Source: Proteromonas lacertae (lineage: Eukaryota). Taken from it: a DNA stretch of 42,470 nucleotides. A program made the translations under genes and the position numbers. Shown here in pieces: positions 13,976 to 26,216 of this stretch. Location: the NCBI GenBank assembly GCA_002245135.1, contig NGBS01000013.1, positions 124,001 through 166,470 on the forward strand. Direction: 5' to 3'. Each line of letters opens with the position of its first letter. Position 1 is the first letter of the stretch. The notes beneath the pieces are model-generated. The model had not been told where the DNA came from. It did not search any database and saw only the letters and a program-made list of their open reading frames with translations.

Positions 13976-14660
13976 ATGTTTCGATTTTCATCATTATCGA
14001 TAAGAAAATTCTCCACTCAAACCAGAAAATATACGAAGACAACAAAAGAGGTAGGTAAAGAGTTTGAGGACAGAGTAGCACATATATGTAAGTTAGCTGG
14101 TTATAGGGATATTAAACAAAACGTAATAATAACAGATTCTCATGGAAATAAATCAGAAATAGATATTATATGCCGAAAAGGCATATTACCTTTGAAATAC
14201 AACAAATTATACATAGAGTGCAAAAATTACACCATTCCAATAAAATTTGATTTAGTTGCCAAATTTAAAGTATGAATATTGGTATAATACTTATTGTACA
14301 TAGGAAGTTTTACTGTTAAACAAAATTCGTCCTTCTCAAGGATTGTTCGTTACTAGTTCTGTATATACACCGAGATGCAGTAAAATTGGAATAAAATGTA
14401 TGAATGGAAAAGAGCTAGATGATTGGGAAGACAAGTTAATAAGAGATATAAAGAGAATAAGGAATATGAAAATATATAGTGGTTTATTTGCAATATTATT
14501 GATTGTATGTGGAATAGCATATGAAAGGATGGTAATGCAGCCAAAGAAAATTGAAGAAAATAAAGAAAAAGAGACAGAAAAAGAAAGAAGAAGAGTATAT
14601 ATTATATATAAATTTGTGTTTTATATATTGGATATTTATTTAATTATATATTTTGTTTAA
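13976..14660 (+). CDS. Mrr-like / PD-(D/E)XK restriction-endonuclease-fold protein with presequence-like N-terminus and C-terminal transmembrane helix
   Basis: GKEFEDRVA...SEIDII...LYIECKNY...DLVAKFKEVL...GLFVTSSVYTPR...MNGKEL. Intron at 14270-14303. Hydrophobic segment IYSGLFAILLIVCGIAY. The 3' end is uncertain (possible donor at about 14595). Confidence 0.75.
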
Positions 14661-15013
14661 ATAATCACAAATATATATAAATTAATAATTAGTTAATATA
14701 ATCCATATAAATATATATGAAAAGCTTTCGATAGACATTATAAATGTGAATTAATATTATAATGACAGATACGAGCTTAATATTATTCTGCATATATATT
14801 TTATTTAAATAGAAACTGATAATGGATATTTGAGTTATGAGAGAAAAGAAAGAAGTATTTAGAGGAAATACAATGTAATTAATGTATTATTATTAGTAAT
14901 AGAATAATATAAAAAGAATTCATTTTGTCTTTATAACCCTAAAAAACAACATCAACAATAACAATGACAACATAAAATTATATAATAAAAATATAAATCA
15001 TAAGTATTTAAAG

Positions 15014-16532
15014 TTATAACAACAAACTATTCAATTCATTAATACATATCTCATCACCATCTACTTTCTTATCAATATCAACAATACTCTCTTCACTACC
15101 ATTACTACCACTATTTCTATCATCTTCTCCACCATTATACTGCAACAACTCTGGCATTTCAATTGGCGATATTAACAATAATTTCGGTAAATGTCTAACA
15201 TTATTAAATGAATGAACTGTATGAGATATGTCTGAGTTATTATCATCATTTATTTCTGGTACAAATGAAACGGACAAGTATCTTTTATCTCTTTTTTGAG
15301 GTGTAACGAATATATTTTTGGTATTTTCATTTTCTTCATTATTACAATTGTATTCTTTCATTGCTGGCTTTATAGCAGGCATACTTTTAGCAGATCCACG
15401 ATATTCTATAATATATAAATAAATATATATGATTATACTATAATTATTGTTAATTGAGTGAAATATTGATAGTGTCTCTTTAGTAATAGCATTATCATCA
15501 GTAGAATAAGTATCATATTTCCATATATGAATATTACATACATCTTCAATTATTCTCAACATGAAATTAATACATTGCAAATTAGACGATTTATTATTAT
15601 TATTATTATTATATATCTTTGGTAAGAATACATGAATCATTAATAAAGTACTAGGCAAATGTTCTGGAAGTATTTCATATACACAGTATTTTATTATATT
15701 AATAAAATACTCATACTTTATCAACAAGTCGTTTGAATGATTGAATAGAAATTTATTCAAATCATTGTGTATAGTGATTAATGTTATAACATACACATAT
15801 AACGAATAACATCTGTTAAATGTACGAAAGCTGGATTTCAATTTGTTGAAAAATGATTCGTCGTATAATTGTTTTGGAATGTCAAAGAATATTAATAATA
15901 TTTGACTATTATCATATTTATCTTTTAATGATGATTTTCTTAACGGATTAATTCTTGAATCATAAATTTGATTATATATCTGCAAATCATATGATAAAAA
16001 CTCTTTGTTTACTATATTTAAAATAGTTGGATAGATTGGCTCTAAGATTTTTCTATATAAACACTCATAAATTAAGTCTATTTCGCTATCTGTTAAATCT
16101 GTTGATAAAAGGGATGAACATCTTCTAGTAAATGTCCTACAAGGATGTAATAAATAAAAGAGTGATGAATTTTCAGGAAATGTGATAGAAGCTCTTACTA
16201 ATTCTATATCACTTAAAATTTCTTCAAACAACTCACTAACTAAATTTCTATAACGAACAAGCACCTATAAATAAATAATAAAGCACATACGGATCTGTAA
16301 GAGAAAGACTTTTCAATAGTCTTTCCTGCTTTAAAGGGTAATATAGTTTTCAGATCTATCTGTTGTATATATTCGGTTAGAGCAGACAGTTGAATCCTAA
16401 ATTTCTCGGGTATTGCGCTATCTATATAACTATCTAAACTTTCACAATGAAAATAAGCTACATTATAGATAAAACAATGTATATGAGAATACGATTATTT
16501 AGAATAATTTTCTTTTTTGAGAAGAGGTTCAT
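15014..16532 (-). CDS. Uncharacterised protein, possibly with a degenerate VPS9-like domain
   Basis: ATG at 16532. Introns at about 16459-16492, 16265-16290 and an in-frame 33-nt intron at 15406-15438. YCVYEILPEHLPSTLLMIHVFLP loosely resembles the VPS9 P.L.S.L..I..F motif. Confidence 0.55.
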
Positions 16533-17190
16533 ATTCGATTTATAACACAATGACGAATTTTTAAAACGGATTTATTTTAGTAACATATATTACATCACAG
16601 TCATCACGATTATGATTTTTATCATATCACATCGTTGATATTACAATCAACTACAGTCTTTGAGTTAGAGCACAGCCTTCACTCATTTTATCCTTCATAA
16701 TTTCTTCCAATAAACTATTTGCCTTTCAAATTTCATATGTTTTTCTGCTTTATTTTCTATATTGCTTAATATTCCTTAAAAACAATCGCATTTAAGAAGA
16801 CAACAAACTGAGTAGGATTTTGGTTAATATGTAATGAAGAGCATAATTATAAACTAATACACATGAAACGATAATTACAAGGCAAAATATTTAAATAGTT
16901 TAATATTATGGATAACTTGATATATCTACTATGTTCATAATTATAATGCAATTTGATCTTATTTATTGCATGAATATTACCCATTAGTATCACAGTTTAT
17001 AAAAAAAATACAATAATTAACAAGAAAGATGACAAATAATACACAATAGTGAAGTTTTATTAATGTTAAGAAAATTGGTGCAAAAAAAAAGAGAAAATAT
17101 AATCATATTACCTCTTTTATTCTTATTCAGAGAAAAACTACAAGAAAAAATATTTGGCTTGATTGATTTTGAGATTAAAATTTCTTAAGA

Positions 17191-19797
17191 ATGGAAGAAT
17201 TTGAAAGTATAAGTGATGAATATTCTGTATATTTTACTGTTGTTTAATATGAAATAGTTGATAAGAGTGATAAAGAAGAGTGATTTAAGTGTTTTGTTGG
17301 AAGTTAAAGAAAAGAATAGTAATGATATAAAATATGTGAAGATATATAACAGAGATAAAATGAATTTGAGGTGTCTGGATCGTTTTGTTGAATCACTAGA
17401 GAAATCGAGTAATTTGAGAGTGAGCAATGTATTGATATATGATAAATACATAATTACCGAAAAATATGTGATATTGATAATGAAGAAATATGAGAGTAAC
17501 TTAGAAGAGTTAATGTTTAAGAAAGAGTTAAAAGAGATAGAAATCAATGAGATAATGTTAAAATTGATAAAAGGGATAAAGACATTGGAAGAAAATGGTA
17601 TGATATATAACAATATCAAACTGAATAATATCTTGTTTGATGAAGAAGGAGATATAATAATAGTTGATAATTTAAAATATTTGTTATTGAAAGACAGATT
17701 AAATGATATAAAAAGAGATATGGATGAGATAATATATTTAAGTCCAGAAATATTGAAAGATGGAGAAATGAATGTTGCAAGTGATATATGGAATATAGGA
17801 ATAATCTATTATAGATTATTAAGAAAAGAAATTCCATTTAAAACCAATTCAATATCTGATTTAATAAAATCCATAACAGAATTTAAATATGAAAATAATG
17901 ATAAACTAAACTATAGATACAATAATATATTATCAAGATCACTAACAGTGGAAAAGTATAATCGAATGACAATAGAAGAATTAATATTCAGAATTAGAGT
18001 TAATGTTATTATTGAATTATTGAAGAATAAAGAAAAAGAAAAAGCGAATGAAATGATGGTAGAAATGAGAGAAAACAATTCACAAAAAGAAAACTATAAA
18101 ATGAATGAGATAATAGGAGATTATTATTATGAAAATGTATATTGTTATATATGATGAAATGAATAGAAAGAATACAGAGAAGCAATTCCATATTACGAAA
18201 ATAGATTAGAATATGCTATAACAAATGATCATAAAAAATATTGTTATAATAGTTTAGGATATTGTTATTTTAAATTAGTATTTATAGATTGATATATAGT
18301 GTAGAATGAATATCAAAAATCAATTCAATATTATAAAAAAGCTTTACTATTTTCTACATTAAATGAAGAAAAAGAAATAAATAATCATGGTATAGGAAAA
18401 TGTTATTATAAAATTGTATATATATAATAATTATTCATTAGCATCGTTATATGGAAGCAATTATATATTATAAAATTGCATTAGAATATTCATCAAGAAA
18501 TAAAGATAAAGAATATAATAATAGAATGATAGGCAAATGTTATTACTATTCAGTATGTTAATCATTGTAATAATAAATAGAAAGAATATAGAGAAACAAT
18601 TCCTTACTTAGAAAGTGGCTTAGAATATTCATCTTCAAATAAAAATAAAGCATGTAATAATAATGGATTAGGTTGTTGTTATTTTTTATTAGTATATTTA
18701 TTATTGTAATATTAAGTAGAAAGAATATAGAGAAGCAATTCCTTACTTTGAAAGCGCCTTAGAATATTCATCTTCAAATAAAGAAAAAGCATGTAATAAT
18801 AATGGATTAGGTTGTTGTTATTTTTTATTAGTATATTCACCATTGTAATATTAAGTAGAAAGAATATAGAGAAGCAATTCCTTACTTTGAAAGTGCCTTA
18901 GAATATTCATCAACAAATAAAAATAAAGCATGTAATAATAATTGGTTAGGTAATTGTTATTTTGATTTAGTATATTTATTATTGTAATAATAAATAGAAA
19001 GAATATAGAGAAACAATTCCTTACTTTAAAATTGCCTTAGAATATTCATCATCAAATGAAGAAAAAGCATGTAATAATAATGGATTAGGTTGTTGTTATT
19101 TTTTATTAGTATATTCACCATTGTAATATTAAGTAGAAAGAATATAGAGAAGCAATTCCTTACTTTGAAAGTGCCTTAGAATATTCATCAACAAATGAAG
19201 AAAAAGCATGTAATAACAGAATGATAGGCAATTGTTATTTTGATTTAGTATATTTATTATTGTAATAATAAATAGAAAGAGTATAGAGAAGCAATTCCTT
19301 ACTTTGAAAGTGCCTTAGAATATTCATCAACAAATGAAAAAATACATATATATAACCGAAATCTTGGTAATTGTTATTTTGATTTAGTATATTTATTATT
19401 GTAATAATTAACTAGAAAGAATATGAAGAAGCATTGAAATATTATAATACTTCATTAGATTATTTAGAAAATGAAAAAGATAAAAATCTAGTAAAGGTAG
19501 ATATAGCAGAATGTTATTTAGAATTAGGAAATAAAGAAAAGACAATTTCATATTTGAATGAAGTAAAAGATGAATTATGTGATGATGAAACAAAATATTG
19601 GTATAATAAAGTAATGGGAAAATATTATCTTCAAATTGTATTATTTGATAATTGATATATGATATAAATAGAAAGAAAAAGAAAAGAGTAAAGAATATTT
19701 AGAAGAATCACTCAAATATGTAGATAGTCAAGTGAAGGATGATGAAGAGAAAGAAGAAATAAACAAATTATTAGAAGAATTAAACAAAATGAATTAA
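17191..19797 (+). CDS. Pseudokinase-TPR protein, copy A (~753 aa, 13 exons, 9 modular 111-nt TPR exons)
   Basis: Exon 1 is 17191-17226 and the kinase exon is 17258-18136 (YNNIKLNN in place of HRDxKxxN, DNL in place of DFG, YLSPE, SDIWNIG). 111-nt exons start at 18167, 18305, 18442, 18581, 18720, 18859, 18998, 19137 and 19276. Then a 222-nt exon 19416-19637 and a last exon 19672-19797. All introns are phase 0 and the frame is intact. Confidence 0.9.
18167..19415 (+). repeat. Exon-intron tandem array, ~139-bp unit (111-nt exon plus 26-29-nt intron), 9 units, 6 highly similar
   Basis: AAAGA(A/G)TATAGAGAA(G/A)CAATTCCTTAC recurs every 139 bp from 18581 to 19276. Confidence 0.97.
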
Positions 19798-19888
19798 TTT
19801 CTCTGTACTAATTTTTTCCTTTTTGGTTAATATTTCTTATTTCTTTTGTAAAAAACAAAAATTTTCATTTTTAAAATAAAACTATTAA

Positions 19889-21618
19889 TTACAATCCTCC
19901 AGTTAAAGCATGAGCTTTATTCAATTTCTCTCTAACATTTTCTTCACGACAAGCAGCTTGTCTTTCTGATTTCTGTTTCTTTTCTGCTTCAATCGCTTTA
20001 TTCAATGCTTCTTTCAACATTACACCCAATTTTTCATCTCCATCACATATTCTCTTCAACATAGGTGGTCCAAATCTACAAAACATTTTACCATCCACAC
20101 TTTCACCAATATTCTTCACAAATTTATTGAATTTTCCTTTGTTTGTACTACTAATCCATTCAACTAATTGTTCATGGGTAAATCTAACAGGTGGTATAAG
20201 AATATCATTGCCAGTTCTACAGGAACTTATTTCTTGATTATTTTCTTTCATTGTATTTTCACTTGCACTCATCATTGCAACATGACTTAAAGTGTTTAAC
20301 GTATGTTCTGTATCTTTTGGATTTGGATTAACCGTCGCAATTACTAAAGTTTTGTCCGTTTCATTTTCAAATGCATCTTTCAGCAACATAGTTAATTTAC
20401 TACTTCTATAAGGAATATGATATTTATTATTATCAATGTCATTACTACTACTATCTTTAGATCTTTCTTTAACTATTCTTATACACTCTTTTAGACACAT
20501 TAAGGAGGTGTTTATTTCACTACATTCTCTTCGCTGTTCTGCAGTGTGGAACATGGAATCAATGCTCATTTCACTTCCTGCTAAATCAACAAGTGTTAAT
20601 ACACGAGATTCATTAGGGTATTTGGAGAGTGAAGTGGTGGTGAATATTATACGAATAATTCCATGAGTTCTACTGCTTGATTCATTCACAACTAAATATA
20701 TATATAATGAAAAAGAAAGAAGATAAATTGAGTAGAAAAAACATAGAAGAAAACAATGAAAAAAGTGAATTATCAATAATATATATATATACAAGTTGAT
20801 GAGCTTGTTCTTTCTTTTCTTGATATTTCAATATACTTCATAAATTCATCTTCACTATTCACATTAATATATTTCACCCCTCTAACATGTATTTGCTTAT
20901 CTTCACCTTCTCGTAAAAATACTTCATGATGATGATTAATTACATTATTATTATTATTATTATTATCTTTATAACAATTATTATTATTAATCTTTTTATT
21001 TTTAATATTACCATCTTTTGTATAGTTTTCTTTACAAGTATTTATATCTTCAAAATTAAATAAATCAAAACATTTTTTACCGCTAATTTCAAAACAACAC
21101 AGTGATATAGAAACTTTACCGTTTTTAATATCTTTTTGGTTGAATATATCATGAGCTAAGAAATTCTCTAAATTTGACATTGTGTAAGTTTTGCCTGTTC
21201 CAGTTTGGCCGTACATAATACATGTACCGTTACCTTTGAAACTAAACACATGAGCTATAAGATCGACAAAACTTTCCATATAAATATCTTCATTTGCTGA
21301 TGATTCATCATATACTTTGTTGAATTGATAGGATACTGTGTTTATAAACATACGTTTCATGTCAGCATGCATTCTACAGTCATGGATATAAATGAAAGGA
21401 TCTTTGCAGGAAACAGAATTAAATGCTCCTTTTTTTATTTCATCCGGAAATAAAGGTCTAACTCTTACACAAACAGTAATTGATCCATTTTCTTCTTCTT
21501 CAGTTGCTTCTCTATCCAAATTCTCTCTTATTTTTGATATTTCCCTCATAAAATCATCTCTGAACATTTTTCTGGCTGTTCTTTTATCTAAATTAGCTCT
21601 TGTAATGGCATCTGACAT
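19889..21618 (-). CDS. Kinesin motor protein (kinesin-13-like)
   Basis: ITVCVRVRPL, P-loop YGQTGTGKTYTM, NESSSRTH, LVDLAGSE and HIPYRSSKLTMLLKDAF. One 101-nt intron at 20692-20792. Confidence 0.93.
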
Positions 21619-21707
21619 TTTCAAAATTTTAAAAACTCTCAAACCAAATCAAATTGATGAATCAAGCCAATTTCAAATCAAAAAAAGGCGCCAATCCTTT
21701 AATTCTC

Positions 21708-22161
21708 ATGTCATTCAATAACCAAGGAGTTATTTCAATTGAAAATCAGGAAAACTTTGAAAACAAAGTAATATCTTCTCAGAGTAGTGGTAATAGTTCT
21801 TCTAGTAAACGAAAACCAAATTCATTCTCTAAAGATAAGTTAAAAAAGTCTGATAAACAATTTTTTGGTACTCCATCTTCTACACAATCAACAGTTTCAA
21901 CTCAAAGTGATAGATCAGAAACTTTAAATGATGCATCTTTAGTAATACATGCTATTGAATATGGTTTAGAGGTATATTATTTTATTTATATATTAACTTT
22001 AGGATTTACAGTTAAGGTTGGATGAGACACTGAAATATGTTTTAAGTAAAGACTTTGGTGTTGATACAGAAGCAGAATTCGTATTATTTGAAAAAGAAGA
22101 AGAAATAAAACGATTAGAGAAGAGAGTAGCAGAACTAAAACAAGAAATCAACAAGAAATAA
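21708..22161 (+). CDS. Small uncharacterised Ser-rich protein with a C-terminal coiled coil
   Basis: ATG at 21708 (alternative 21657). Intron at about 21972-22002 leads to ...EEEIKRLEKRVAELKQEINKK* (TAA 22159-22161). Confidence 0.6.
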
Positions 22162-22179
22162 TTTAATATATGTTTTAAT

Positions 22180-23215
22180 TTATAAAAAACTCTTAAGATT
22201 TGGTCTTGACGTGGAATGCTTATCATAATATGTTACTGCCTTATATAATTCAGAGTTTTTAGCAACTATGAAGAAATAATGGCTTTGCATCATATGATAT
22301 TCTTCAAATTCATCAAATATTTCCAATTTTGAGATTCTTTGAATTTCATTAGTATCTAGCACTTCATAATAAATAGTATTCATATCTTCAATTTCAACAT
22401 ATGGATAACCTAACTCAATATACCTTTGTTTCTGGCTTTCTAATGTTGGATATGTTTCAATACTCTGTAATGGACATCCTCGTTCCTATAAAATGATGCA
22501 AATAAAAATAATACTATCAAATTTTGAATCATAACTTGTCCAAATGGATCTTCTGGCTTTATTTGTTCATAAGTAGTAAATACTGAATTAATAAAATGCT
22601 CACTACACCATTTTATCAACGCATTTGATTTTTCTACCGGGATATATACTAACACACATTCGCTAATAAATAAAGTAGGATAATCTTTATTTAATCCAAT
22701 AGAAGTAAATAATAATTCACTTAATTTATCTATATCACATAAATCTACTGATCTTATATAATAATCATCAGATATTGTTAATTCCGTTTGTGATTCGTTT
22801 ATTACAAAGTGTTTATCTTCGCCCCATAATATTTCTAATCTGTCTTTGTGTTTTTCCATTTGCTGTATTCTTTTGTGAATCGAAGGAACTAAATCAACAT
22901 CTACAAATTTTGAAAAGTGTTGTTTCTTTTCTTTCAACTTGAATATTAATGTGTCCAAACCACATCCAAGGTTAACTATTTGATGATTACTTCCAACCGA
23001 TAAAAACTTAGATACAATTATATCAATGGAGGTAACACGAGTATAATAGCCACGGTTAATTAATGGTGATTTTCTACCATTCATTGAAAAGAACTTGATG
23101 TAATTATCTTCTATGTAACCCTTCTTTGTCAAAGAACTATACAAATGATAAACTTCACATACAATTTACACGATGCTGCATCATCAGCGGTTGCACGAAC
23201 AGCAGAATCACTCAT
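22180..23215 (-). CDS. LCMT1: Leucine carboxyl methyltransferase (PP2A methyltransferase LCMT1/PPM1)
   Basis: MSDSAVRATADDAAS, SPLINRGYYTRV, QIVNLGCGLDT, PTLFISECVLVY, YEQIKPEDPFGQVMIQNL and LEIFDEFEEY..MQSHYF. Two introns. Confidence 0.92.
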
Positions 23216-23279
23216 ATTTTAAAATCTTTCAAAATCTACTCAAGTTTTTGCTTGACATTCAATTTTTAAAATCTCGAAA

Positions 23280-24495
23280 ATGTTACAATCAAATGAACAT
23301 TCACTTTATTTAGCAGTAAAAAATACAATAATGGCATATTCTTTATCGTATTTTATGTTGATTATTATGTGTAGTGATAAAACAGTCAAATTCAATGTTT
23401 CTTGCACATCAGATATACTTACATACACTCTGATTGATAATAGTGAGTGGTTGGCTGTTACTGATTTTAATAAAGAGTTATTGATTTTAAATTCAAAAAC
23501 TGGTGAAACAATATCAACAAGGTATGAATAATAGAAATATAAGATGTATATAGAAAAGTACAGAAGAAAATCACTCAGTTAACAGCAATTAAACCACCAG
23601 AAGATTATAAGCCATATTACAAAGAATTTCCTTCCTTTATTCTATTAGCTTCAGATAAAGTGGGTGAAATATTGGCGTACCCATTACCGGATATTACAAA
23701 ACAAGAAAATATGATTTTAGGTCATTGTGCTTCAATAATTACATCATTTGTATATATATATATTATATACGAATAGAGTTTTTCATTAGATAATCATTAT
23801 ATCATTACAGCTGATAGAGATGAAAAAATTCGAATTTCAAATTATCCTAAAGCTACAATAATATCATCATATTGTCTTAATCATACAAAGTATGTGTTTT
23901 GCTTGAGTGTAATAACAGACAATATACTGATTAGTGGTGGAGGAGATGGTAAATTATGTTTATGGAATGTTCCAGAAGGATATTTATTGAAAGAATATCA
24001 GTTCAATGAATTAGTTGGTTTAGATACATCCTTCTCACTCAATTTGATATATTATAATAGAAAGAAGAAATTGTTGTTTGTTTCTCTGTTAAAGTATATT
24101 TTTCTAATTGTTTATTATTATTATGAAATAGTCATCCTGTATTATATATACTTAGTGTAAATGAAGATAACTATGATTTAGCATTAGTAAACAAGGTTAA
24201 TTATGAATCTTCGATTATTTCACTGTCATTTACTAATGATGATATTGTTTTCTGCTCTACCAAAGGAGGTGAATATATTTACACGAATTCAATTAATACA
24301 GGAGAAAGAATTGAAAATGAAATAATCAAATCGATCAGAGACAATCTGAAAGAATATTATGATGTATTGACCAATTACAATAATGATAGTCAATTCCATG
24401 GAGAGCTTGAAAAGGAGCAATTAAAAGTGAGATATGATCCTATTGCCTTAAAAGGACAGACTACTACTTTAACTCCATATCCTGAGAGTAAATAA
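23280..24495 (+). CDS. WDR4: tRNA m7G46 methyltransferase non-catalytic WD40 subunit (WDR4/TRM82)
   Basis: LASDKVGE, ILGHCASIIT, IITADRDEKIRISNYP...IISSYCLNHTKYV and LISGGGDGKLCLWN across short-intron exons. TAA at 24493-24495. Confidence 0.88.
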
Positions 24496-24590
24496 AGTAA
24501 TTAAAGTTGTTTATTTTTGTGTTGAAACATTGCTTATTTGAGTGTTTGAATAAAAATACATTTCAAGCCAAACATTGATATTTTAGAAAA

Positions 24591-26023
24591 ATGGTGTTTA
24601 ATCCTTCTTGGAAACAGTTAACAATAGCGTCCTCTATTGTGTTCTGGCTTCATGGTTCAATGGTGGCTATGGCATATAAGACTAGATATTTTAAGGAGTT
24701 CACAACATTTACCTTTGAGTTAATAGCATTTTTTCTTGTTGCTTTTGTAGTAGTGCAGAAGAATAAAACAATGGTAAGATTATTAGCAGCTATGGCGTAT
24801 TTTTAATAAATTATTTATAACTTAGGTATATTATTTGTTCAGCTTTTACTATGACAATCATGTCTGCAGCTTGTTTCTATAGAAACCCATCACAATTACC
24901 AATTCTACCAGATTATGGTTTTGACTTAATTCCAGTAATTACTCATGTAAAATTACCATTTGGGTTATATATAAATGGTCAAACAATACCAGACATACTA
25001 TTTCCAGTATTGATGTTATCAACTGTAACATTTGTTTTAATTCAAAGTAACAGGTTGATAGTGTTAAGAAGACTAGCTTTGATATGGGGTACAACAATGT
25101 TTGTAAGAACCTTCACATTATTATGTACAGCTATGCCTGATGCTTCTCCTATTTGTCAAGAAATTACAGCAGGAACTGTATTACTAAATCAAATGTCTAT
25201 CACTAATATCCTAAATCGTGCATTCTATATAATGTTAGGTGATGGAACATTTACATGTGGAGATTTAATATTTAGTGGTCATACTACCGAACTGATGGTT
25301 TGTGGAATGGTTTGGCATACTTATTATCCAATCAAAAAGAGAGGAAGTAATGTGATCAAAGCATTAGTTTGGTTTGTAATAATAATATTATTATATGTAC
25401 TAATTGGATGTAGAAGTCATTATACGATAGATTGTGTTTTAGCAGTGTATATAAATATAACAATATGGAATTTATACCATCGATTCGCTCGAGATGTTCA
25501 AATGGGAATTAAAAGCAATTTATTATGGTTTTTGGATGATTTGATTTATAGTTTTATAAACTGGTTTGAACAAGATGAAAATGATTTGAATGAATCGAGA
25601 ATGTTGAATAAAAATATGTTTAATAATGAATTTGATGGAAATAATAACAACAATAGTTATGAGTTGGTTATATATTTATTATGTAATAATAAAATAGAAG
25701 AGATTAAAGAATTGATTAGTAAAATGGATGTGAAGAATTTGAATATATTAAAAAATGGTTTGAAATATATGAATGAGAGTTATTTGAATGAAATTTATAA
25801 GTTGTATAGAAGCGAAGAGGAATTGATTAATGTAAATGAAAAGATAGATGAAGTGTCTAAAGTTATTTCAATAAAAGAAAATGAAATAAAAGTTGAAGAA
25901 GATAAGATCAAAAGAACAAGTGAATTGTATGAAAGTAAAATTAGAGAAGATGAATTATTGAAGAATAATCTAATGCAATTCTTAAATGATGGTAATATAG
26001 AAGATTGTTTGAAATTACTGTAA
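24591..26023 (+). CDS. Sphingomyelin/IPC synthase-family (PAP2_C) enzyme, paralog 1, with coiled-coil tail
   Basis: LPDYGFDLIP, CGDLIFSGHT and RSHYTIDC catalytic motifs; multiple TM segments; intron at 24797-24826. Confidence 0.88.
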
Positions 26024-26216
26024 ACTATTTAATTAGGCACGATAATAATAATTATTTTAAATAAATGACATGTGTGATTTATGATTGTTTGTTAGATTTT
26101 AAATTATCATCCTATATAAATTTTAATATTTGAAATATAGGTTTGATTCTTATCAAATCAAAAAACACATCAAGCCAAACTTTCATTTTTTTAATTTTGA
26201 CTTTCTAAGAATTCTG

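Noticed and set aside
18581..19415. The 139-bp arrays as CRISPR arrays or satellite DNA
   Set aside because: The whole unit is repeated with no unique spacers and no cas genes. Units resolve into GT-AG introns plus in-frame 37-codon TPR exons.
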